DNA from: Eledone cirrhosa
Lineage: Eukaryota
DNA length: 64,000 bases
Assembly (NCBI GenBank): GCA_964016885.1
Contig: OZ024743.1
Coordinates: 217,496,001-217,560,000 of the forward strand
Direction: 5' to 3'
The position numbers were made by a program, and so were the translations under genes. Below the pieces are notes generated by a model, which worked only from the letters and a program-made list of their open reading frames with translations, had not been told where the DNA came from and made no database searches. This document shows positions 53,732-64,000 of this stretch, piece by piece; positions within the stretch are counted from its first letter, which is position 1; every line of letters begins with the position of its first letter.

Positions 53732-53766
<35 letters not shown>

Positions 53767-53885
53767 ATAAATAAATATATATATATATATATATAAGTGT
53801 GTGTGTGTGTGTGTGTGTGCGTGTGTGTGGGTGTGTATGTGGGTGTGTGTGGGTGTGTGTGGGTGTATGTGTGTGTGTGTGTTCG

Positions 53886-53917
<32 letters not shown>

Positions 53918-54345
53918 GGTGTGTATGTGTGTGTGTGAATCTGAATCTGTACGCGCACATCTGTGTTTCTGTATATGAGAGTATTAATATACATCTATAC
54001 ACTAACGCACGCGTTTTCCTTTCATGTTTCTCTTAAAATATTTATCCTCTAAAGAGTATGCTATGCTACTGCCACTTTGAAAGAGTTTATGATTGGTGGC
54101 TGGTGTATTAAACGAAATTTTCAATAAGATGCAAGTGTACAACTATGAATAAAAGAAAAGTAAGGCCTTTATAGTTCGTGACGATGGTGAAGTTGGATAT
54201 TCGCCATCTCTCACATAGACTATAAAACATACAGCGAATTTCTACGGTTGAATGCAAGAAACATACAAGAACGTACATATATGCATACGATACCACTGTG
54301 CACATATGATATACCACAATACATACATTTTTTCTGATGTATTTA

Positions 54346-54422
<77 letters not shown>

Positions 54423-54470
54423 ATAATATATATAAATGAGGAACTAGAGAAAGTGAGAGAGAGGCTGGAG

Positions 54471-54517
<47 letters not shown>

Positions 54518-54649
54518 TTTTACGGATACATGTATACATACATTTTATATACTCGTATGCGTATACTGCTATTTCTGCTCCGCTTACATTATACGAATAT
54601 GCATAAAATCCTAATATATGTATATGGGCGCGTGCATGCCTGTGTGTGA

Positions 54650-54707
<58 letters not shown>

Positions 54708-56017
54708 TATGTATGTCGATATGTGTATGTGTGTTTGTACGTATAATTATACATATACATCTGTTTGGAAGAGAGAATGATTGGATGTAAGTTTGTATTT
54801 ATTTGGTGTCAATAAATATATTTCGTTTGGCGTTTTCGTGAATGCGCCTGTTCTAATATATAGGCACATAATTCTGAAATAACATAAGTATATATACTAA
54901 GTTTTCTTTCAATAAATTTAACATATCAGTTGGAGTAATTTTGATTAGGTTCTTTGCATGGTAAGAGTGTTTCTGCAAGTTCTTTTTACGAATTCCTATG
55001 CAATGCAGTTAATGCCTGAATGAATCTATGTTGGCAGCTTTTTTTTCTCCCCATTTCTCTATTTCCCACTCTGTATGTATACATTGAAATTTTAATTCAT
55101 AAAAACATTTATAAAAACATTTATATGTTTGCACTCTAACTGGTAAGAGAACAGCGATAAGGTAGGCAAAAGATCACTTTAGCATTATGGCTACATAGCG
55201 TACAACAGCGAGGTTCAAGTTTCATATGCGATTGAACCCACTTTTTTCCGGCTTCTTACAGTTATGTCCCCAATTTATTTTCAAGTGAACATACAATTAA
55301 AATTGATGCGTCGTAATATTTGCGCACAAGTAAAGCATTTTATATATGAATAGCAGTTGTAATGTGTTCTTTTCTATAACTGCAGTATTATTTGTGTAAG
55401 TAAATCTCTTTGTAATTCTAATTCTTAGTTTAATTGTGTAGAGATTGTTATTACTGTCAAATCCCAATATCCTTTTCATCGTTTGTTGATATATATTTCT
55501 GTCGGTAAAATTAATCGGCCTTGCGATTAATAGATACGACATATATTTTTGTTTAAAATGAAAGAAAAGAGGTACTTGATAGTCATTGAGTTTATACGTT
55601 TTATAACAATTTCATGATCCATTATAATGTCTGATGTTGTACTCTTAGTCGCAATGCGTCTCAGGCTTTGAGAGTGACTTTAGAATTTAAACATTTTAGA
55701 ACTCTTTTGGATGGTACAGAAATTAGGTCCCAACATATCAGAACATTTAAAGGGGAATATGTACAAGAAAGACTGCACACACGAAAGGCGTACAAAGCTG
55801 TACTCCGTTTCACAGTGAAAGCATGCAATAAATATGATATGAGATTTAATACTAATAACAAAAACAACAACAGCAGCAAAAACAAGAAAAATGATGATGA
55901 TTCAATAGCCAAAACTATATAATGTGTGCATATATACATAGGTGCTTATAATTGTGAATGAGTGGATTTCTATACGGCTCACTTATTAATTAACTATCAT
56001 GCTGCTTTGAATATGTT

Positions 56018-56052
<35 letters not shown>

Positions 56053-56223
56053 AAGGAAAAGGAATTGAAAATGCAACTGGAGTCTTTTAAGTATATCTAT
56101 TTATTTACTTTACATGTTTTACAATTTTTATGCTTTTCAAAAGTGAAATTGAGATGGAGGGTCTGTGCAATTGCCTCCTCTATTTTGTTCGTTCATTTCT
56201 CTATATATATATATATATATAAA

Positions 56224-56745
56224 TGGAGAAAATGAAATTTCATTTCTCACTCTTTGTACGGCTGATACTTAAATATAAGTATGTATACGTACATACATAT
56301 ATGTATACAGACGTACAATAATATATATATACATACATACATGCACACATATATATATATACGTATGGGTATACAAAACATTTATTATAATGCTCGGTTT
56401 GTTTCTAAACAAGCAGCCCGAATTATTAGCCGTACAGTGTTCGGCAACCATCGTTGCCATTTTGTGCAACACTGAGAAAGGAACGATGAACTAGTTTCTA
56501 TCTTATTAGCTGTCATCAGCACCGTATACCTTCCTGTCAGTTGATTGAACGTTTGAAAGTATATACTTTCCTTATGCATATTAACGGCTGAGCAGACTAA
56601 TTTGCATATCGAGTGAGTTAGTCGGCCGACCGTACCGAAAACGATAAATGGTAAAGAATGAAATTTCATATCTCACTCTTAGTACGGCTGATACTTAAAT
56701 ATAAGTATGTATACGTACATACGTATATGTATACAGGCGTACAGT
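56224..56745 (-). repeat. Second diverged 426-bp relative of the HHR satellite (about 1.2 units), abutting (TA)n
   Basis: atgaaatttcat.tctcactc repeats at 56232 and 56658 (period 426); shares gcagactaatttgcat with the 467-bp unit and aligns to 37615-38237. Confidence 0.85.
56483..56525 (-). ncRNA. Type I hammerhead ribozyme (helix II partly decayed)
   Basis: Minus: acggtg-CTGATGA-cagctaataagata-GAAA-ctag-TT-catcgt. Confidence 0.7.
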
Positions 56746-56813
56746 AGTATGAGCTCAAGCCGTTTCGACGGCTGTTTCTGGAAATATCCGTCGAAACGGG
56801 GTCATACATTTTC

Positions 56814-56928
<115 letters not shown>

Positions 56929-57268
56929 TATATGTTTTATTGTTTATATGATTTGGCATACAAACGTAATTAATAGTCAGCGGGAAAGTGACGTTTATTT
57001 TCGTAAATGGCTTCAAATGATTTCGCCTATGTCATATCTGTACACCCAAAGACTATCAAGTGTGGAACACTGGAGTTTGAAGGTTTGTTATGATCTCCAA
57101 TACACCAAAATCGATGGAAGTTCAATAGTTTTAATTCTTAACATAAAACTGTCCTCTTAAAATTCTTACTAGGAAAATAACCGCCAAACAAAGTTAAATA
57201 AATACAAACAAGTTTACATGCAGCTATATATATATGTATGTATGTATGTGTGTATACATATTTATATG

Positions 57269-57308
<40 letters not shown>

Positions 57309-57619
57309 CACACACAGACACACACACACATATATATACACACATACATATGTATATATTTATGTATATATCTGTATATGTGTATATATGTTTTATTGTG
57401 TTGTATATTTTCACCAATAAAAACAGAGTCGTTTTCTAACGTAGAATCAATATTCTTTCATTGAAATTCAAGCATCATCAACTATGCAAATACGTATGTA
57501 TATTTACATACATTTTTCTATGTGTGTATTTGTGTTTGTGCGTGCGCGCGCGCGCGCCTGTGTGTGTGTGTGCGCGCGCGTGCGTTTGTGTGTATCAGTG
57601 TGTATTTGCAGGTATAGGA

Positions 57620-58590
57620 GTTAGTACATGTGTGGATAAGTGTGTTTTGAGTTGAATATGTAAATGTGCATATTTTTATGTATCCATACATGTGTATATG
57701 CAGTTATTATTGCTGAATTTCTGGCTATCTAGCCACGCCCTTCCCAGCTTTCTGAAGCATAGCTTCTTACTATTTGTACCGAGGCAGTTAGTAACATATA
57801 TCTGTCTCAACTGTTACAGATACATTTCTAAAAGTATCGTCTGGGCGGAGTATCAGCAGATTCCGCATTAGTTCACCATAAATGTCTACTTCTTTAACTT
57901 TATATTGACATTTGCTTCGCAGCTGATTTCCACTACTGATTTCCACTACCTTCTTTACTCTGACCCGTATGACTATGTCTAGTGTGTTATATTTGCACAT
58001 TATTCCGAATTTGACTCGGGTATTCCACCAGTACTCTAGCACATCACTAAACTTTACATATTTTTTCACAAGGCTTTCCATTTTGCGAATTGCATTGTAT
58101 AGTGCTTTGGCCACTACATCATGGCTCATAGATAAGTAATACTGTGGTGACATATTTGGACAGCTGCTTGTGATGTGGGTGACATCTTCGATGTTTGTTC
58201 TGCTGATTCTTCATTTGTTTTCACATCTAGATATTTTGCCTGCAACCCTATCTCTTTCGGTCATTCGGTATTTCCTTGGCATTTCCTGTTCTTGCATAGC
58301 AAAAGCATATCGTTCAAAGTGAGACTCAGTATTCTGAATGTTGGCCTAAAATAGACAGCTTTGCTTATCTATATTACTTTCTCTTTGTCGCTTTCTGACA
58401 ACATAGTTACGCATGATGTTGTTTTTTTTCTTTTTGCTAATAAGCATGCAGTTTTTACCCATTGGGTTTTTACCCATCCTTATGATGTTATCTTCTTTAT
58501 GTAGACAGACTTGTTCTAAAGATGGTCTTCTACGCTAGGTGGTTCGTAAAAGTTGGCGTAGGGATATTTGGCGACATTCAAATGCTGTTG
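57620..58590 (-). mobile_element. Older copy of the R4/Dong-like element
   Basis: ORF 57788-58153 (YYLSMSHDVVA..EYWWN..VVEIS..YGELMRNL) and the 3'UTR align with 27000-28140. Confidence 0.8.
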
Positions 58591-58949
58591 ATGTTGAAAT
58601 CTCCGGTGCCGGTTAGAACATTTCTAACTTTAACACCAATGGCTCGGATCTAGCTTCATGCCAAGTACTCAAGATCTTAGAACAGTCTGAGATAACACGA
58701 TGAGAGATACTTATTTATTGTGCACAGAGAACTCAGAAGATCAATTTTTTTTCTTATTTGGATGTTATATTCACTGGTTGCTCATTTCTTGTTACACATA
58801 TCATCATACGATATATTTTCATGTATCCTTAAGTATAAGTAGCAGCCCTCGTCAGATAGCGGTGAAATATTTTCTCCAGATGATACTATATCGCCAGCTA
58901 AGTGATTATCTAATTTACCGGCCTTGTCTACACAAATTCCAAGCAACGT

Positions 58950-59960
58950 TATGTTATCAATTTCTACTCATTGATTCCCAAGTATATCCTCACCAAGTCC
59001 TTGTAAATTGAAAAATGAAAAATGATTTCGACTCTACTGATAGTCATACCGACATAATACTACATGCCAGTAGATACGTGCTTCTCAATAGAGAAGTATG
59101 CAGATTACAAAATTGCTAACACAGCATAAATGTCAAGATCTACATAAAATGGAGAACATGCCTTTAAATACGTATTACGTATTATCACTGGAAATACAAC
59201 CATACTTTAGACTCCAAAACGTGTTTCCAGACAAACTGTGCAAAATCAAAACCTAAAGCTTATTTACATCGACACATCTCCCCCGCTGCAACCATTTGAA
59301 GATTCACGTTAGTAAGTACCTCTAACACCTTCTCAGACAAAATAATATTCGACAGAGCTAGAAACCACTACAAGAATGCGTTGGAGAGTTTTGATTCCAC
59401 GAAAATTAATTTACTTTCAAATGTTATAGTACAAATCATAAACACATCTGTAATGAAATAATATACTTTATCTTTATAGGATAAGCATGTGAAATTCAAA
59501 AGTGGCAAAAACTTTCTAAACAATATTCGGAAAATGTTCTCTAGAGGAGAAATTTGACCATAAAATCTTCAAAGAAAGCGCTAGATGAATAACCAACAGG
59601 ATAAGTAGAAGAAAAATCAAAATTAATTTTGTCGACAGTTATCCAATATGTAGCAGAGGTAGATATCAGCAACTGTCAAAATAAAGGGTATGTCACCGAG
59701 TAGATGTTCGCAAATTTGAACTTCTTAATAATAGTACTACAATCAGAAATAAAATCCCTATATTATAGTGTAATGTGCGATGGCAGCTTCAAAACACGTT
59801 ACTTTAAGACACTACATTGTCAAACTATGTGGGGTACATTAAAAAACACAATTTTGACAACCTCAAAAATACCTGTTCTACATTTCAATTTCACGTGAAA
59901 TGATTATGGATATGATTATACTCGATGCACAAAGATATCCGGAAAAATAATATAATTAAT
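58950..59960 (+). mobile_element. Highly degenerate Penelope-like fragment
   Basis: Remnants of TG.Y.PY.., YI..S.P, NC....C....C and Y.....SFKTRY, resembling the PLE at 32250-33480. Confidence 0.5.
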
Positions 59961-61396
59961 AATACAAAAGTGTCATACTATCATACACTATCAGGGTTAA
60001 GAGATCGTTAAACCTAAACGGGTTGGATTGGGCTTGTTCTGTGAAAGAGTTGAATCTGTGAAAACAAGCCAATGACTAGTATTTTAAAGTGTTCATACAA
60101 TAGATTACATTTTGTCGCATGAGGTAACGCTTATATATATATCATCTCTTCGAAACACTACACGTCTCTTCTTCATCACGACATACAATTTATCTCACAA
60201 GTGCATTCATCTGTCTCACAAATACGGAGGACGAGATATTGGGCCATTCCGATGCGAGTGCACTCGTCATCAAAATGGATACTGGTTGATGAAGTAGGCA
60301 CCGAATTCTGTCACCTGCCGCTCTTTTGTGGCTGCGAGGCGGAAAGGAGGCAGGTGAAGCGGTGTTGGTCCAAGCCAGATTCGATCCGCCTAAAGGTAAA
60401 CCTGCACTTCATATCGTCCTAGTTATGTTGGACGGAGATGCCTTCGCTGTTCCAGTCGGCCAGAGGCTGTTACAGTTCTTGGGTTACGTCAGTTTCTGCC
60501 GTCTGGCAGAGGATCTCATTCATATACAATGTTTTTCCTTCTCTGGTGCTTAAATGCCTAACTTAGGATATTTTTTCATTTTCAAAAACGTTGAAAATAC
60601 TCTTTAAAGTTCAAATATTCCTATCGCTAAACAGTTCTAAAAATAGATTGTACTCACTCACTCACTCACACACACACACACACATACACATAAGCACACT
60701 CACACACAAACAAACGTAAGCACACACACACACGCAGAGACACACACACACACGCACAAACACACGTACGCACCAACATACACACACACACGCTCACACA
60801 CGCTCACACATAAGCACGCACACACACACACACACACGCTCACACACAAACACACATAAGCACGCACACACACACACACACAAACACGTTATACAGAACG
60901 TAGCAATCATGAAATACATAAAACACAAGCATCAAGAATTAACTTAACGGTGTACTGAATGTCAAAGATAACCTGAAGGTTAAATCAAGAAACATACATT
61001 GTTCTCATACTGATTAATATAGTGCTGGTGCAATAATTATATACACAAAAGTTATTAACATCTTTGAAATACTCATCCAGATGAACCAGAAGCTAACAAC
61101 AAAATAACATACAATCGAATGACAATTCTATACTAACAATGGCAACTTGAAAATATTTAATAAAAGTATAAAGAAAATGCAAATATGAATTAATAAATTT
61201 CAATTCTCTTCATTATCTGAAGATCAAAATTGAATCATTAGAAATTGTAAATTACAAATGAGTTCTTTGTGAAAATAAAAGAATGACAATATATAGTTTT
61301 GTGTTTAAATACATCTATATGTATGTCCGCGAATGTTCGTGTGTGTGTGTGTGCGTATGTATGTTATGTACACATAGATAGTGACAGAAAGAAACA

Positions 61397-61438
<42 letters not shown>

Positions 61439-61499
61439 ATATGTTACTCTCACATTCCGCATCATCTTGAATATTCAGTATGCCACGTCTTGTTTGATT

Positions 61500-61890
61500 C
61501 CACCATTTGCTATATTCTCATCTCTATGTGAATCTTCAACATCCTGAGTTTCTATATCCTCCTCACCCGCCCGTAATGTTATCTTTAAGCGTTCAAGCTC
61601 AAACTCAGCCCCCTGTTTTTACGTATTGTCCTTTTCTAATCACAAATCCTCTGTTCAGTTGATTCAAAGAGACCTGTTTCCTGCCATACACGTACCATGC
61701 TTTGTCTATACATTCTAACTGGCACGCTATTTTCATCGCAGACTTGCTTCGAAAATAACACAACCTGGTTTACCTCCTTACTCCACTTCATTCTAGCAGT
61801 GTCATGATGACGACCGGGTCTGAGCTGCTTAACCACAGGACACCTGCTGGACGAGGAACATTCACTAAAAGCTCCAGCACCATTCATGTC
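61500..61890 (-). mobile_element. N-terminal fragment of an R4/Dong-like ORF
   Basis: ORF 61636-61887 has RMKWSKEVNQVV..YRQSM..W....F..TEQRICD, resembling the N-terminal motif of R4-clade proteins. Confidence 0.65.
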
Positions 61891-61976
61891 TATGTGTAAA
61901 CATTTTTTTATTTATTTATTTCACTCATTCAGGTTAGTGGATTTAAGGTTCCATGACGATTATTATTATCATTATT

Positions 61977-62362
61977 AGGGTGGTGGATTGGCAGAATTGG
62001 TAAAGCGTCGGACAACATGCTTTGTGGCATAGAGTTACGGCTCTTTACATTCTGTGTTCAAATCCTTCCCTGGTTAACTTTGCCTATCATCGATACTGCG
62101 TCGATAAAATAAGGCACCATGTATTGGTGTCGATTTAATCGACTTTCCCCTCCTCCAAAATGATTGGCCTTGTGCCAAAATCAGAAAAGGGTGGATTGGC
62201 AGAGTCGGACGCCATGCTTTGCAGCAAAGAGTTACGGCCCATTATGGTCTGAGTTCAAATCCCGCAGAGGTTAACTTTGCCTTTCATCCTTACGGGGTCG
62301 ATGAAATAAAGTACCAGTAATGCACTGGGTAATTGCTGGCCTTGTACCAAAAGTAGAAACAA
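61977..62362 (+). mobile_element. Two tandem tRNA-type SINE copies (another partial copy at about 63008-63112)
   Basis: A-box-like tggcagaattgg, B-box gttcaaatc, conserved body, and an (ATT)n tail. Confidence 0.75.
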
Positions 62363-63374
62363 TTATTATTATTATATTCATATGTACACAGGCACATACA
62401 TTTTATGTATAAACATTAAATATATAAATCTATACAGAGTTAACACTAAATATATTTTTCTGTTTGTCTCTCTATGGAACCACTATGAAATACAAAGTAG
62501 AGAAGTAAACAAACGAAAAAGCAGTAAAAGATCACACAGTAACAGTGGAATATATACATGAAAGAAAACAAATACGAGATTTATAATAAAAAAAATCTCG
62601 AAATAAATATCAGTAAAATAATTTCAAAAATAGATTACATAGAGAAGAAAAATTTAAAAGTTATATTTGATATAACCAATTTCATATAATCAATGAGAAT
62701 TAAATGAATAAAAAACATTTTACATGTTGTTCGGTTTGTTCAGATTTGTCGCGATGAGAGGCGAGATGCAAGCAATTTTCTCATATTTTCTGAAAGTTGC
62801 TAGGCAGAAACAGCAGAAACAGAAAAATGAGAATTGAAATATATCCAGTAAAAAGGGAAATCTCTGGACGAACATGGCTGTGAGTGACACAGACATAGAC
62901 AGACGCACAAATAGCCTGGAACAATGTGATAAAACTTATATACAAGAACAGCTAATTGATAAGGAATTGAAGCTCCAAAAGCACATTCGGGTATGTGCAG
63001 TTTCCATTAGTTCAAATCCCGCCGAGGTTAAATTGCCTTTACGGGGTAGATAAAATGAAGTACCAGTAATGTACTGGATAATTGCTGGCCTTGTGCCAAA
63101 AGTAGAAACAATTAATATATATGTACTGAGTTGATCGAGAGCTTCCCGGTGAAAAGAATCCAGCGTATGCGCGATTGAATGAATGCATCCAATTTCAGCA
63201 AAAGTTACTTGTAGTGTCTCTCGCTCTCCTCTTCAATATTTACATTGACTGGCAGAAGAACCGCCCTCGGCGGGTTTCTGCTACCATATGTAGTGTGCAT
63301 ATTTGTATTATACGCAAATATATATGCATATAGATGTGATATGTAAATTGAAACGTAAATTGACAATATCTTCT

Positions 63375-63930
63375 TCTTCACCCACTTATTTCTGAGAGGG
63401 TCGTGGGTGCAGAATCCTCTCAAACACTCCTTCCAGCGCAAACATCTCTAACTGATCAAGCTAGCCCCCAAAGCGTGACCAGCCAAGCTCATTGATGTAA
63501 TCCAACTATCTTGCTCGAGGCCTACCACTGAGTCTCCTACAGCTTAGTTTTGCCTGTAAAATCTCTCCAGCGATTCTTTCTTGAGACATTCTAACCACAT
63601 GTCCATAGTATCGGAGCTGTGATCGCTCAATTGGGAGAAGTAGCGGCTCTACCAGGAGTGACTCTCTGATCTCTGAGCTATGCACTTTATCGCCTAAAGT
63701 TACTCCATAGACCCTTCGGAGGAACGTCATTTCGGCCGCTTGTATTTGCAATTATATTCTTTCGGCATTACCCAGGATTCATGACCCTATGTATGTGTTC
63801 GCGGGAATACCAGGAAGACAGCGAGTTTGGTGTTTACACCTACCTCCCGTCTGATGACTGGATGCTGAACCTGACGCATTACTGCACCAGCGATTGCAAT
63901 TCTTGCACTTAATTCAGACTCCTGCCATCC
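63375..63930 (-). mobile_element. RTE-clade (Rex3/Expander-like) LINE 3' fragment
   Basis: ORF 63506-63751 IQAAEMTFLRRVYGVTLGDKVHSSEIRESL..IERSQLRYYGHVVRM..GRPR. Confidence 0.85.
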
Positions 63931-64000
63931 ATGTCTGTATGTTTTTTCTCTTTCTTTTGTTCCTTTCCCTTTCCTTTGTATATATTATATTTGCTCGTGT

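Noticed and set aside
62720-62910. Possible host exon
   Set aside because: No recognisable protein similarity and no convincing splice-site pair with an open frame.

Overview
AT-rich, repeat-dense eukaryotic DNA with no recognisable host-gene exon. It is most likely an octopus or other coleoid cephalopod, judged from the SINE family and the dense (TA)n/(CA)n/(CATA)n microsatellites; this is an inference. The window is a graveyard of mobile elements: a Helitron with an internal inversion, at least five Penelope-like element (PLE) remnants, R4/Dong-like and RTE-clade non-LTR fragments, tRNA-type SINEs and mariner MITEs. The main signal is RNA-based. A 4.67-kb array of almost identical 467-bp units (10337-15009) lies between (TA)n tracts as about 5 units on one strand joined to about 5 inverted units. 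Every unit carries a complete minimal type I hammerhead ribozyme (HHR) motif with a palindromic CUAG helix III, plus an octamer motif. Two diverged 426-bp relatives (37491-38237, 56224-56745) keep the catalytic core, the CUAG palindrome and the octamer, with compensatory changes in the helices. This resembles a non-LTR retrozyme / newt-satellite-2-like family, probably mobilised by PLEs. Roughly ten further intact or degenerate HHR motifs sit in PLE tails and short fold-back elements. All calls were made by eye; no database search or folding computation was run, and no ribozyme activity has been tested.
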